From: Octopus vulgaris
Lineage: Eukaryota
Direction: 5' to 3'
NCBI GenBank assembly: GCA_951406725.2
Contig: OX597832.1
Location: 37,076,001-37,140,000 of the forward strand
Length of the DNA: 64,000 nt
Numbering within the stretch: the first letter of the stretch is position 1; every line of letters starts with the position of its first letter. Below are positions 1 through 14,115 of the stretch, piece by piece. The notes under the pieces were generated by a model, which was not told the DNA's origin, made no database searches, and saw only the letters and a program-made list of their open reading frames with translations. Both the position numbers and the translations under genes were made by a program.

Positions 1-780
1 TTGCCATTCACAGTCAGACTTGACAGCTAGCTGGTTGCGCCAGGGTCAGTCTTGTGTGCTTTCAACCACATCGTCATCACAGTACTAACGCAACTGTATA
101 GTCAATAGCCCTTAATATTCACCTCCCTAATACTGCACCACAACCGGCACATTTACAAGGGTGAGGAAACGACGAAAGGCTACCCCAGTGGTTTTCTTTC
201 AATATCGGTAATTATCTTTAAATCAACACCTAGCAATCGTATTTTGCGACGATCGTTTCCACACCTGATACTTGCATACACATGTGACAAACACAGAAAT
301 ATTAAAATATATACGATTAATTACAGGTGTAGAGTTGCACCGATCGATATAAATATATATTCGTCCACCCTTACTGAAGGCCTTTGGTGATCTTTAAGTG
401 TGATGTTTTGGGGATTGACTTAGATGTTGTTACTGCAGATGTTTGTGTCACAGTAGCTTCTGTTATTGCAACAGTTATTAGTAACTGAAGTTGCTGTCGT
501 CTGTCTTGTTAACCCTGTTGTAAAATTGCAATTTGTCGACGGTGTTGTGACCTGCCATTCTTCAAGGTGTGGCACCGACTCGAAACTATAACCAGCTGAG
601 TGTTTGTACCCGCCACAGAACCAACCATACCATACCATACAACAGTGATGTCGGTTGTTCTTACTGCTTTCCGCAATTCCAAGACTGCCAAAGCCAAGAA
701 AGAACAACTGAAAAAGAAAAAGACGAAAGATCGGTATGTAGTTTTCCATTAATGTGGGTGTATATGCATGCATGCATGTT

Positions 781-884
781 TGTATGTATGTATGTATGTA
801 TGTATGTATGTATGTATGTATGTATGTATGCCTTTCTCTATATATATATATGAATTCACACACATATGCACACTCACATATGTG

Positions 885-955
<71 letters not shown>

Positions 956-1078
956 GTCTGTCTGCCTGTCTGTCTGCCTGCCTGTCTGTCTGCCTGCCTG
1001 TCTGTCTGTCTGTCTTATCTATCTGTCTGTCTGCCTGCCTGTCTCTCTGTATCTATCTGTTTGTCTATCTATCCATCC

Positions 1079-1138
<60 letters not shown>

Positions 1139-1253
1139 GTCTGTCTGTCTGTCTGTCTGCCTGTCTGCCTGTTTGTCTGTCTGCCTGCCTGTCTGTCTGT
1201 CTATCTATCTGTCTGTCTGTCTGCCTGCATGTCTCTCTGTATCTATCTGTTTG

Positions 1254-1308
<55 letters not shown>

Positions 1309-1352
1309 CTCTTTCTATCTATCTCTCTTTCTATCTACCTATCTGTCTGCCT
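781..1352. repeat. Compound microsatellite (TATG)n, (TA)n, (TCTA)n/(TCTG)n
   Basis: Directly visible; source of the CMYV/SIYL ORFs. Confidence 0.97.
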
Positions 1353-1934
1353 GTATGCGCGCGTCTGAAGATCGAAAGCACCAAACTCGGAGTAACCATT
1401 TGTGAAGTTTCAGCATCATAATATAAATCTCTGCTCATTTATTTTGAGCATATTCTTCTTCTTCTTCTTCTTGTTTGCTTGCGTGTGCGTGCATGCGTGT
1501 GTGTGTGTGTACACGTGCACCCTGACATGACAGAATGGTTTAGAAATTCGTCTCACAATCCTGACGTTCTGGATTCGTTTCCATTGCTTGGCATCTTAGA
1601 CAAGTGTCTTTTATTATTCGAGCTTTTGGTCTTGCTAAGGTTTTATAAATAACTCTGGGTAGGCAGAGGGTGAGGAAGTCCGTCGGGTGCACTCTATTTG
1701 TAACTGAATTGTCTATTCTTGTCATACATTGTCACGCTGGTTTCGCATGAGAATTACATAAAGTGTATATGAGTGCGCGGGATATTCAACCATACTCACT
1801 AAAACTCAGAGAGAAGGCAGTTCACATGATCGAATACTCATGGGCTAAAAAGAGATCCACTTACTGCACGAAGCTCCCAGCCCTTGGGGCACTTTGAAAC
1901 TTTTGCTGATTAATAATTACGAAAATAATTGTTT

Positions 1935-2075
1935 TAGATTTTAGCACAAGGCCTGCAGTTTTTTAGGTGAGGGGGTCAAGTCGACTGTATTGATCCGAGT
2001 ACTTAACCGGTACTTTAATTTTATCCACACCGAATGGATGAAAGGCAAGGTCGATCTTTGCAGAATTTGAATTCA
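1935..2075 (-). mobile_element. Degenerate SINE fragment (family of 10890-11090)
   Basis: gcacaaggcctg...ggtactttaattttatc...gaaaggcaaggtcga...gaatttgaa matches the copy at 10.9 kb. Confidence 0.65.
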
Positions 2076-2316
2076 ACGTCTTAATAAAAATAATAATCAC
2101 ACACACACACATACACTCAGGTACAAAAGAATATGGAATACTAAAGGTAGAATAACATTTCTTTACTAGTCTTTATTGTCACAACTGTCTAATGAGCGGT
2201 TACGTGGAACTTTGAGTAATAGTTTGTGAAGTTTTTTTTTCAATTTTAACAAAACAGTATACATATTTAGACTAATGGACTAAGCGGAGCAAGAGCATAC
2301 ACGAAGACGGAAGGTG

Positions 2317-2356
2317 TCGCTGAAGAGGTCACAGGTGTGTGGCGAAAGATTTCCGA
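2317..2356 (+). ncRNA. Minimal type I hammerhead ribozyme-like motif in a repeat (~2267-2490)
   Basis: tcg-CTGAAGA-g-gtcac(aggtgt)gtggc-GAAA-gattt-C-cga: stem I tcg/cga, stem II gtcac/gtggc, near-palindromic stem III. Confidence 0.6.
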
Positions 2357-2634
2357 ACAATGGACATAAGAACAGAAATAAACGAGTGAAGAACGAATAT
2401 ATATATAGTGCGTGTGTTTATTCGGGGGAAATAAATGACCGTCCCGAAATACAATATCTGTTTCAACACAGGAATCTTGCAACACAAATTCATAAATGTA
2501 TGTGTATGTATGTGTGTGTGTGTATACATACATACATACACCACACACACATACACACACACACACACACACACATACCTACAAGTAAGCACATAAAACG
2601 AGGTGGAAAAATAGTATTCGAATACCAAAGGTAG

Positions 2635-2795
2635 AGTATGTGCTGTATGGTAACAAGTTTGCTCCCCAGCCATATGGTTCCGTGTTCAGTCCTACTGCGT
2701 GGCACCTTGGGCAAATATATTTTCTACTGTAGACTCGAACCGACCAAAGTCTTGTGAGTGGATTTGGTGGACGGAAACTGAAAGAAGCCTGTCGT
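2635..2795 (+). mobile_element. tRNA-derived SINE, 5' half (family of 25016-25425)
   Basis: gctgtatggtaacaagtttgct...gtgagtggatttggtggacggaaactgaaagaagcc then (TG)n. Confidence 0.8.
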
Positions 2796-2878
2796 GTGTA
2801 TATATATATATGTGTGTGTGTATGTATGTATGTTTGTATGTATGTATGTATGTATGTTTGTGTGTATGTATGTATGTA

Positions 2879-2936
<58 letters not shown>

Positions 2937-3389
2937 TGTATGTGTGTGTGTAATTCCAGACACGTTACAAATTAGACTTCTTAAATAATGTACCTGTAAA
3001 TAAAAATCAAGTCCTCAAAGTAGAATGACTGAAGAATCGGGTGGATTTGCCACTTCCATCAAATTAAAACCTTTTTGCTGTCAGTCCAAGAACGCACGTT
3101 GTTATTATTATTATTATTGTCCAAATAACATAACAAAGGATTTTATCACCAGATAAGATATCTGAATCCAGCTTTTATTTTCGTCAGCACTATTGTTATG
3201 TTGCCATTTGTGTTGTGAAACTCAGAATAGACAGTTCCAACCATGACCACCCCATCCTTTATTCAGACGTGACATGCATCAATGCTCCGCAACTGTTTTT
3301 TCTCTTGAGGTACACTTTTATTCTTTTCAAAATTCAGCAGCACAACCAAAAATATAACTTAAAGTATAAGGAAAAAATTATATTCAGGC

Positions 3390-3460
3390 TACACTGCGGC
3401 ACACTTAGCATCGTCTCGCGGCACACCAGTGTGCCGTGACATACCGGCTGCGGGGCACTG
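3390..3460. mobile_element. hAT-like MITE terminus
   Basis: cggcacac...gcggcacaccagtgtgccgtg subterminal palindrome ending in cactg. Confidence 0.45.
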
Positions 3461-4298
3461 ATATATATATACAAGACAGAGGTATTCAGTGTGTCCTTTA
3501 CTTTTGAACGATGTGTAAGTGAAGAAGATTTGACTGCTATTTCTAGCAAGCTGAGCGACCACTGTCTGGTACCTATTGCTGTTGCAATTATGGTTATTGT
3601 TGCGGTTGTTATTGCTCTTTGTCGATGTCTAAATAGCTCTGCTACAGGAATGGGTGTCCGTTGTGAACACTACGATACTGGACTCTACTGGATTGTCATT
3701 GTATTGTTACATGCTATTGTTACAACCGCAACATGCACGCACTGGTGTATTTATACACACACACACACACACACACACTGTAGACACATGAATGGTGTCA
3801 CATTTTAGCACACAGGAACATAAACATGCATACATACAGGCACATGATCACACATACACACAAGCATATTGGCACGCGTTTAAAGCACACACACACACGC
3901 AAACGTATTGGCACATATAGACACAGCAACACTACCCCATACACACACACACACACACACGCACACGCACATACACATACACAGGCAGACGTTTAGACGT
4001 TTAGACACAACAAACATTTAAACACTTGGGCGCACGTTTAGACATCCAGTCAATATAGTCGCACAGGCACCCGTTGGCAATTACAGGTAGGCGTTTAGTC
4101 ACACATACACAGACGTTATATACACGCACATACACGTCTAGATACGAAGCCACACGTCTAAATACAGATAGTACACAAGCATACACTCAAACATGCATAC
4201 GAGTGTACACACACACACATTGTCACCGAGAGAAAATACTTGTATAATATGTCATATCTGTTTATCGATAGACACAAATGCAATCTATAAACACATTG

Positions 4299-4386
<88 letters not shown>

Positions 4387-4535
4387 CGCACACACGCGCG
4401 TACTTTTAGTGATAACAATAAACCCTGATGCGGCAAGCCTTATCTCGACGTCGCGCATATCTTAGAGTGGATATAGGCAATATCAGAACCGTGCTTTAAT
4501 AACAACGGTAGATACAACACTATCAAGGCTTGAAG

Positions 4536-4599
<64 letters not shown>

Positions 4600-4854
4600 T
4601 ATAGACTGCGTGTATACAGTAAATATTATAGTATCGAATTGGGTGTATAATAATTTAATTAAATATAGCAATATTGAATTGAAGGTATGATAATTATAGC
4701 AGATATGACACTGTCAAACTGGGTTTCCGTTTGAAGCAGGGATATACTACGTTCATATTACAACCGAGACAACAGCACAAAAATTAGAAATAGCTAAGAT
4801 ATATCCTCTGCAATTGTAAACATCATTTATGTATGACACTCTCTACAGTAATAA

Positions 4855-5320
4855 ACCTTATCACATGATACCATCTATAATTATAAATGCTATCACATAA
4901 TAAATACCACCCTTTAGTTATAAAAATTATCATGCAGGTGTGATATCATCTATAGATGGAAACGGTATCACATTGGTATGACACCATCTTTAGTAATGAC
5001 CATTATTGCATAAGTATATGATACCCTTACATTATCACATAATTGTAAACATTATCACATATTGATGTTATCACATATAGTGAAAAACGCCATCATATAG
5101 GTATGATACCCTAATAGTTATAAACATTATCACATAGGTATGATACCCCTGATAAGTGTAAATATTGCACATCTATGATACCACCTACTGGTATAAACAT
5201 TGTTACATATGTATTTGATATCAGCTGTAGTGAAAAACGTTATAACTTATTTACGATTTTGCTATGAATATTAGCATACATGTATGTTATCCCTATAATT
5301 ATAAGCATTATAACATAATC
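4855..5320. repeat. Degenerate ~36-38 bp minisatellite
   Basis: Recurring attatcacataggtatgataccatctatagttataaac-like unit, roughly a dozen copies. Confidence 0.75.
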
Positions 5321-5499
5321 CTGAAAAGGAACAATAAAATACCCAGTGTTATCAAATAGGGTTGAGGTCTGTGAATTATGTTTTTGCACATCCAATATCT
5401 GCACAACCTACACCTAACTATACACTTGTTGCACACTATTGCACTTGGTGTGACATTGTGCATCATAACAATCATACATATTACATATAATGCATGTAT

Positions 5500-5882
5500 T
5501 CATGCATACACATACAAACATAGTACATACAAACATAGTACATAGTACATACATACATACATACATACATACATACATACATAAATACATACATACATAC
5601 GTACATACATACACACATACATACATACATACATACATTCCTACATACATACATTCCTACATACATACATACATACATACATACATACATTCCTACATAC
5701 ATACATACATACATACATACATACATACATACATACATACATACATACATACATACATACATACATACATACACACATACATACATTCCTACATACATAC
5801 ATACATACATATATACGTACATACATTCTTACATACATACATACATACATACATACATTCCTACATACATACATACATACAT
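5500..5882. repeat. (TACA)n microsatellite
   Basis: Directly visible. Confidence 0.97.
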
Positions 5883-6739
5883 GCATGCATACATGCATAT
5901 TCTTTATTCTTTTTGTGTTATCGGTCATTGGACCGCTGCCATACTGGCACATTGCCTTCAAGAGTTTAGTCGATAATACAGTGACAGCTGTAGTGGTAGT
6001 AACTATAACACAGAGAACTATGACACAAACAGCCACAGTAACGCTTAAATTAACCACCCCCTCGCATCACACTCTACCGTGGAAACTACAAAAATTTCCT
6101 TCCGTATATTGTAGTTGTATATGCATACATATACGTCCATGGCGATCATGATGATGGCTGTCCAGTCACGTCTTAGGAAGTCCATCACTGACCATTCGGA
6201 ACATGGTGCATTCAGTCAAATTTATACTTTACACTTGTGGCTCCACTGAGAACTAATGATCCCACCTTTTCATAAACATACATGCCTGGTGGTAGTGTAG
6301 ACCAAGCTTCCTCCCATTCACTACACTGTCAGTGTGTTTTCAAACAGCTCGCTTAAATTCTGCATGAAAATGCATGCTTTTTTGAAAATATCCACTCATT
6401 CCTTCACTTATTTCTGCCACTGGTAGGAATGGCAAGCATTGCTTATCCAATTGACCACTCGTATTTCATATGCCTTCAACGAGGATTTCACACAATCCTA
6501 TACATGCATATATAATTGTGTGTATATGTATGTGTGTGTGTGTGTATTATATATATTTATATAAGGGGGTACCCAAAAGTAATCAGAAACGTTCTCTGTG
6601 GGACAAGCCTGTTGTAGTTTGGGCTTCCACCATTAGAAGCCACTTGATGCAACCCCCAGGCATCAGTCTGCTGACTGGCATTGTCTAGTGGAGTCATACT
6701 GGCACATGATGTATCTTTGTTCGTCGATTTTTGTGATGC

Positions 6740-7150
6740 CTGAAATGAAGGAACAGCGTTTTCCCTGTTAACTTTCCTCTGATATTGCTGCACCTCATAT
6801 GTGTCCAAAGCTTACACTGGGTGCATCTTATGGAGTTTCTACCTATGCCTTTTCTACAGATTGAGCAGGGCCATCTACCTGAAGGGATTCGTGATTTGTC
6901 TACCCTCCTACTTACTAAGACTTTGGTTTCTGCTCGGTTAACTCTAAGGCCTTTCAATTCTAGATCTTGCTTCCATACCTGGAACTTCTTCTCTAGTTCT
7001 GGTAGTAATTCAGCTATAAGAACAAGGTCATCAGCATAGAGGAGCTCCCAGGTGCAGCCTGTCTTGAATTCCTCTGTTATTGCCTGGAGGACTATGATGA
7101 AAAAAAGGGGGGGGAGTGGCTGAGGATCAATCCTTGGTGAACCCCTACCT
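6740..7150 (-). mobile_element. RTE-clade LINE reverse transcriptase fragment
   Basis: WELLYADDLVLIAE (YADD), KGLRVN, then Cys-rich CSICRKGIGRNSIRCTQCKLWTHMRCS. Confidence 0.9.
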
Positions 7151-8062
7151 GTACCCTGAATTCTTTGCTGTAGTGTTGCAGACAAGTATATATTTATGTA
7201 TAAATGTGTATATATTTATATTTATATATGTGTATATGTTTTATATATGTATGTTTGTTCTAACAACATCAATGTTTAAGTGGGGATAAATATTACCTCT
7301 TCGGATTAACACTGCCCCTGTCACTAATATATATTCTTTAACAAGCAAACTGGCCAATGTAATACCAGCACCTGTTCTGGTACTGTTTTTCTATTCAGAG
7401 AGAAAAGTTGCTGTTATTTCTAGCAGCTGAGTGTCCTTCATTGATGAGACCATGGAAGGTAGAAATCATGTGATCTGGTGGTCTCAGCACTGGAAATGGC
7501 AAGATTTACCTTTCCATTAGTGATATAAACAAGAGTGCATTTTGCACCAAAAGCCAATATGAGAGTCTCTCTCTTGTGGTTTCTACTGCAGTATAGTTTG
7601 TTCTAACAGAACATCCACATTTAAGTGGGCAGAAGTGTTACATTCTTTGCTGCCAAATATCCCCCCCCCCCCATTAGTGTCATGCATCATCAATCACATG
7701 TTGATTAGTTGCCGTCAAATTTTGAGTGTTGGTTTTGTTATATTTTTTTCCACTCTTTAGCCAGTGTTGATTTTTTGATGTTTATGTTTGAAAGTCAATT
7801 TTGGCATTGTATTACGATATGAGTGGGGTTTCCATAATTAATCGTTACATTTTTTCTGCAATTTTATAAAGTATTTTCCTCTAGTAGTTCCCTGTCTAGT
7901 TTCACTTTGTGGTGTAATGTTGCACAATAGCTCCATGTTGCAAATACATGGTGGTGTGTGTTCTGTTCTACTGGTTAATCCAGCTTAACAGCTAGTGTTC
8001 CAAAGTTTGCAAACCTCATAGTCAAAATTTGTGTGTGTGTGTGTGTGTATGTATATATATAC

Positions 8063-8099
<37 letters not shown>

Positions 8100-8360
8100 C
8101 TGAATAAATTGTTGTCTAAATTATGCAAAAATGAAAATAACCCTGGCATTTCATTTTAACAGATATATTTACCAAAATTAAATAAAAATATCGTGAAATA
8201 CTAAAGAGTAAATTTATTCAATAAAATCATCCATTGGCTTCAACCGCAGCCTCTAGATGACTTCAGAATCTCCTGCAACTCTTCTGGACAGTCTCCTTAT
8301 TTAAGTTGATGAATGATGCCATAATTCTTGCCTTCAGTTCATCTTTGGTGTTACAAGGAG
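8100..8360 (-). mobile_element. Tc1/mariner transposase C-terminal remnant
   Basis: Minus strand reads PCNTKDELKARIMASFINLNKETVQKSCRRF*SHLEAAVEANG. Confidence 0.7.
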
Positions 8361-8737
8361 ATACAATATGTCTTAGTTTCTTTGTCTCTCATCTACTGTC
8401 AGCTGAGAGCCACGGTAAATGTGGGTTAGGTATTTACAATCACAGCGATATAGTGACTACTACTGTCGCAACTGGAGAGACCACCACCACCACTACAGAC
8501 TCTACCACCACCACCACATGACCACCACTTCCACCACCACCTTCATAGTTGCCGTGAACGCTGAACCTGACAGTCTTTAGAATTATCTTTTGGCAACTTT
8601 ACATTTCTAACGTTGCTATGCTTCCTCTCCTGTGCCAGAATTGAGATATCACACCCTCCTCCTGGCAAAAAACCCATCCTACTTGCAGTGAAGCAGTGAT
8701 TAGAACTGTGGTGGGACACTATTGCCACTACTCACAC

Positions 8738-8787
<50 letters not shown>

Positions 8788-8921
8788 TACAGTTATTCTC
8801 AGATCTTTGCTGGTTTGTTCATGGGTATTCCAATTTTTTTTTATCAACTGATGGATCTAATCATTGAATTTCAGTATAAGTGGCTGAGTGACCCCCTGAC
8901 ATCTGTGCCTTTATTTTAATA

Positions 8922-8959
<38 letters not shown>

Positions 8960-8996
8960 TTACTACTACTGTCATTACTACTACTACTACTGTCAT

Positions 8997-9052
<56 letters not shown>

Positions 9053-9189
9053 ACAATAATAATAATAATCTTTCCTTTATTCACCACTAAGGGTTTATAT
9101 GAAAGACTGGGAATGGTACAGGACAAACAAAGCAGAAAAAGAGTGGGATTTAATCATGTAAAAATGTAATAAGAAAAATTATCTATTTT

Positions 9190-9394
9190 TATTATTATTG
9201 TTCAGGTCACTACTTGGAATCGAACTCAGAATCTTGGGGTTAGTAGCCCACGCTCTTAACCACTATGTCATATGCCCTTGGGTATATGGTGTAGTGGTTA
9301 AGAGCGCGGGCTACTAACCTCAAGATTCCGAGTTCGATTCCAAGCAGTGACCTGAACAATAACAATAACAATAATAATAACAATGAAAATGATG

Positions 9395-9428
<34 letters not shown>

Positions 9429-9646
9429 TAATAATAATAATAATGATAATAATAATGATAATAATAACAGCGAAAAATAGCTTAGGAATGAGAACCCAGG
9501 TTCGAAATTTCCCCAAGACACCTGAAGAAGGCTGGAGGGTATATCAGCCGAAACGTTGTGTTAACAACAAACAAGATGAGGACAAATATCCGTCGAATGT
9601 AAATAATATGAATAACATACATAATTCCTCATCTCTTAAATATAGA
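9190..9646 (+). mobile_element. tRNA-headed, hammerhead-containing non-autonomous retroelement with inverted 5' duplication
   Basis: A box tggtgtagtgg, B box gagttcgattcc, (AAT)n tract, hammerhead at 9517-9562; 9195-9277 is the reverse complement of 9279-9361. Confidence 0.75.
9517..9562 (+). ncRNA. Minimal type I hammerhead ribozyme
   Basis: gacac-CTGAAGA-a-ggctg(gagggtatat)cagcc-GAAAC-GTT-gtgtt; palindromic ACGT stem III. Confidence 0.8.
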
Positions 9647-9900
9647 AGTGTGTTTTCATTGAAAGCCTAAGGTGGATAGCACTCTTTACCTTTTGACACC
9701 GTTTTCTGTTTTCCGTTGTTTACTGCCAGCATTTTCTGTATGCTGCCTTCTCAGCTTCTTCGCATTTCTTCTATTCAATTGTTTTGTAGTTCGTTATGAT
9801 ATGTGGTTTGCACCTAAAGAATATGTTTGAGTTCTCTCAACACATGAAACTATTAGTAGTGCTTTAATACATATATTGTGACCTTTAAATAATAATGATA

Positions 9901-9933
<33 letters not shown>

Positions 9934-10036
9934 AAGTTAATCCAAACATGAAAACACAAAGAGAAAACACAACAACGCGAGGACGTGGAACAAGTATAGT
10001 ATTATTGGACACTCAGGAAAGAAGGAAAGAAGGAGG

Positions 10037-10071
10037 GTTTAACGTTTCGAGCGGAGCTCTTCGTCAGAAAC
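10037..10071 (-). ncRNA. Minimal type I hammerhead ribozyme in a repeat (~9925-10145)
   Basis: Reverse complement gttt-CTGACGA-a-gagc(tcc)gctc-GAAAC-GTT-aaac. Confidence 0.8.
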
Positions 10072-10141
10072 ATAGGAAAAGGAAAGATCCAAAGAAGGGA
10101 AGACAGAGGAAAAAAATCGCCAACGGTACACTCACGGTCAT

Positions 10142-10202
<61 letters not shown>

Positions 10203-10889
10203 ATATGTATGTATATAGGCATTATCATCAGCATTTTAATGTCCACTCCTCTATGGTTGCACGAGTCAGACTAAGTTTACTGAGGCAGATTTTCAACAAC
10301 TGGATGCTCTTCCTGTTGTCAACCTTCAATTGTTTCCAAAGCAAAATAATTTTCCCTCATCACCAAATATGTTTCCACAGACCATTGAAAATCAATGACA
10401 CCTCTCGTATGAAAGTGACACTCATTTACAACTATCATGCGATGGGTATACTTCAACGTTCATCCTCCTCAGCAGAAGCGTTAATGCTGCTCCCCTCAGC
10501 GAAGAGGTTAGTCCTGCAAGAACCCTTTGCCGTTGCCATGTAAAAAGCACTCATACCAATGCCAAGTACGAAAACTCATGTCGGTGCCCTGTTAAAAGCA
10601 CCCACTTCACACTGTAAAGTCTGTTGAATTAGCATAACATTAAGAACATTGAATTAGATCTCTTGCAGTGTTTGTTGTTGCTTTTTATATTTGTAGTTTG
10701 AATTCTGCCACAGCTTTTCCTTGAGTGGTAGGCATTCAGTGCTGCCTGATTTAAAAGTTTAAATTCAATAACTGGTACCTTGGGTATATACCTTTAGCAA
10801 GCATTCGGGCCAGGTCTTGAGTTAAGATAGACACCTTCTTCCCTCTCTTGTTTCAGTCTCAAAGGTCTCACAAAAGGTTCCTCTTTCCT

Positions 10890-11090
10890 CTTTTCTACTC
10901 TAGGCACAAGGCCTGAAATTTTGGGGGAGGGGGCCAGTTGATTAGATCAACCCAGTACACAACTGGTACTTAATTTATCGACCACGAGAGAATGAAAGGC
11001 AAAGTTGACCTCGGCGGAATTTGAACTCAGAACGTAAAGACAGAAGAAATGCCGCCCATCAGGCTAACGTTTCTGCCAGCTCACCACCTT
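10890..11090 (-). mobile_element. tRNA-derived SINE
   Basis: Reverse-strand B box ctgagttcaaattccgcc; related copies at 1935, 14880 and 62400. Confidence 0.8.
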
Positions 11091-11452
11091 TCTCTTTCCT
11101 CTTTATTAAAAGATTAAAAAATTGTTTTGGCTAATATTTGCAGATAAATTTTGTAGTACAATAAATCATTGAAGAAAAACAGTTATCATATTAGTAATTT
11201 AATAACCAAACAAGCTGCCAAGAATGTATGTCCACGAATAATGTGTGTGTGTGTACTGGGTGTTTGGGTTAAATTTGACGGTTTGCATAAAAGGAAAAGA
11301 AAACACAGTATCCCATCCAAAATTAAATGTATTTAAAAAAAACAAAAAAATATCAACCAGATTATGGCTGGGAGATAACCTTTTACTCAATGTAACTGTA
11401 CTCAGCCTCCACTATGGCCTTGATATATATATAAATATATCATCACCACCAC

Positions 11453-11519
<67 letters not shown>

Positions 11520-11527
<8 letters not shown>

Positions 11528-11935
11528 TTGATATCTGTTTTCCATGCTGGCATGGGTTGGACAGTTTGACCAAAGCTGGCAAGCTGGAGAGTGGCACCAG
11601 GTTTCAGCCTGATTTGGCTTGGTTTCTATTGCTGGGTGCCCTTCCTAATACCAACCACTTTACAATGTGTGCTGGGTGCTTCTAACATGGCACTAGCATG
11701 AGCACTCTTTTACATGGCATTGGTACAACTGCTTTTCATGTGGCACCAGCACAGGGAACTCTTACGGACCAATCCTCTTCACCAGGGGGTGCAGCCTTAA
11801 CACTTCTGTTGTGGAGGAGGACAGGTCTTCCTGAGTACAGCAAGGTGCCACGTATCTTGGTCTTTTGTTATCTCGTCCAAAAGGTTCAGTATTCTTAGGT
11901 CATCCTTCTGTACTTCGTCCAATATCTTCCTGGGT
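11520..11935 (-). mobile_element. RTE-type LINE 3' end with (GAT)n tail
   Basis: ttttccatgctggcatgggttgga...gcccttcctaataccaaccac next to (TCA)n; same family as 12100-12560. Confidence 0.7.
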
Positions 11936-12062
11936 GTACTTTGTCCCATGTCTTCCAGATTGATCCATCCAATTAAGTCCTTATAGGCTGTTCATAAGTT
12001 ACTTGATCACTAATCATTGAGGCCAGTCCAGTTAATTTCTCTTTTTGTTTTTGACCATGAAG

Positions 12063-12093
<31 letters not shown>

Positions 12094-12099
12094 TGAAGA

Positions 12100-12562
12100 C
12101 ACTCTGCTTGCGAAGACTTATTGAGGCAAGTGAAATCGAAATTGAAATCAAATTTAATGACTGGCATCTATGCTAGTAGAGCACTAAGAGAACCATATGA
12201 GTGAGATCGTGGCCAGAGCAACAAGCTAGCCTCCGAGCCAATGGCACGTTAAAAACACCATTTGAGCATGATCATTACATGTGTTGCCTACTAGCACTTG
12301 TGCAGGTGGGACATAAAAAGCACCATTTGAGCGTGGCCGTTGCCAGTACCATCTGACTGGCCCTCGTGATGGTGGCATGTAAAAACACCCACTACACTCT
12401 CGAAGTGGTTGGCATTAGGAAGGGCATCCAGCTGTAGAAACTCTGCCGGATCAGATTGGAGCCTGGTGCAGCCATCTGGTTCCCCTGATCTCAGTCAAAT
12501 CGTCCAACCCATGCTAGCATGGAAAGCGGACGTTAAATGATGATGATGATGATGATGATGAT
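12100..12562 (+). mobile_element. RTE-associated 3' UTR/SINE with internal ~60-bp repeats and (GAT)n tail
   Basis: aaaagcacc... subrepeats, ttaggaagggcatccagctgtagaaac, ccatgctagcatggaaagcggacgttaaatgatgat. Confidence 0.8.
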
Positions 12563-12579
12563 ATATATACACACACAAC

Positions 12580-12737
12580 GTACTTCTTTCAGTTTCTGTC
12601 TAGCAAATCTATTTACAAGGCTTTGGTCAACCTGAAGCTATAGTAGAAAACACTTGCCCAAGGTGTTTCACAGTGGGACTGAACCTGGGAACGTGGTCGC
12701 AAGGCAAGCTTCTTACCACACGGCCATGCTTGTGCCT
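12580..12737 (-). mobile_element. tRNA-derived SINE, 5' half
   Basis: Reverse complement of the head of the 25016 family. Confidence 0.75.
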
Positions 12738-13118
12738 ATAATACAGTAAACATGCTTACAAGCACATACATGCACTTATATATCCATGCACATGCAGACG
12801 TATACATATATTCATATGTACACAATCAAATATGTGTCTCTATATATATGTATATAGACACACACACACACACACACATACATGCATTAATCATTTTTCC
12901 ATCCATATGGATGATGGCCATGACTTCTCTGAGGATCAAAAGAACTCAATACTTATATTAGTATATTTATACACATAAGTATATACATACACTTATACAC
13001 ATGTGTACTAAATGTTGTGAACTAGTATATGTGATACTGTATATGTGTGTGAACATGTATGAAAGAAACAAGTACTTTTATATATATATATATATATATA
13101 TATTTGTGAGTGTGTATG

Positions 13119-13152
<34 letters not shown>

Positions 13153-13246
13153 TATGTGTGTGTATATATATGTATATATATATACATTGTGTGTGTGTGT
13201 CTGTATGTTTGTGTGTGTAGTGTGTGTGTGTGTGTGTGTGTGTGTG

Positions 13247-13284
<38 letters not shown>

Positions 13285-13384
13285 AACCATACAGCAAAAC
13301 ACTCATAGGAGATCAATAAATTGATCAAAGCTTCAGTTAATGGTTTCCTAAGAGACGTATCAACTACTTCACTTTTGTAGTGTT

Positions 13385-13680
13385 ACAATACAGACTAAAT
13401 TACTCACTGTACTGTAACACTACATTACACACGATGCGATTTAACTGTACTGTGACCCCACTATACACAAATTAATTAGACTGTACTGCAGCACTACAAC
13501 AGACTAATTAGACTGTACTGTGACATAACAAAACTGTATCTTCACCAAGTTGGTCTGACTAATTAAACCGTACTGCAACTGTACAGAACTGTACTGTAGC
13601 ATCACTGTTGATAGACTACTAGACTATACTGTAACATCATGATTAGTAAGCAGACTAATTAGGCTGTACTATAATGGGAC
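13385..13680. repeat. Degenerate minisatellite (cagactaattagactgtactgt motif)
   Basis: Motif recurs about every 30-50 bp and resumes at ~14195 after the LINE. Confidence 0.6.
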
Positions 13681-13699
13681 CTGACACAGCTCAGCAATT

Positions 13700-14115
13700 C
13701 ATCAGTTAGTTAGTTAATTTTTTGGCTCAAAAAGCAAAAAGCAAGGCCATGTAGGGGAACATGGAGTTATGTACAGGGTGGTGTTCATGTAAAGAGTTCA
13801 GGCCATTTGTGGTCAAGGGAGACTTTGAACCAAGCGGTCGTCAGCATCTTCACTATCTCGTCCGGTAGCTTATTCCACAGATCCGCAACCTGGACGGAGA
13901 AAGCCCCTCTCCTTCGATTGAGATGAAATCGTCGCTGATAGAGCTATTTGGAGTGACCCCGCAGCCGACGCTCTGGAGTAGGAGTGAAGAACAGCTCTTT
14001 CGAGAGGTTACACTTTCCGCTTATGATGTTGTGAGCAAGAATGAGATCTCCACGGCGTTGTCGTTTTTCTAGAGAATAAAGGTCGAGCGTCTTCAGCCTT
14101 TCTTCATCAGACCCT
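13700..14115 (-). mobile_element. CR1-clade LINE 3' fragment
   Basis: EERLKTLDLYSLEKRQRRGDLI...LRGHSK...RRGAFSVQVADLWNKLP; (TAAC)n tail at ~13703-13716. Confidence 0.88.

Noticed and set aside
420-707. Minus-strand open frame after a strong polypyrimidine/AG (LFFLGFGSLGIAES...)
   Set aside because: No recognisable domain, partly low-complexity, no upstream partner exon; cannot be supported without RNA data
4855-5320. ~37-bp periodic repeat as a possible CRISPR array
   Set aside because: Degenerate head-to-tail units without unique spacers; eukaryotic context, no cas genes
9280-9352. Functional tRNA gene
   Set aside because: Acceptor stem does not close and it is embedded in a repeat, so treated as a SINE-like head; the same applies to 40513-40586
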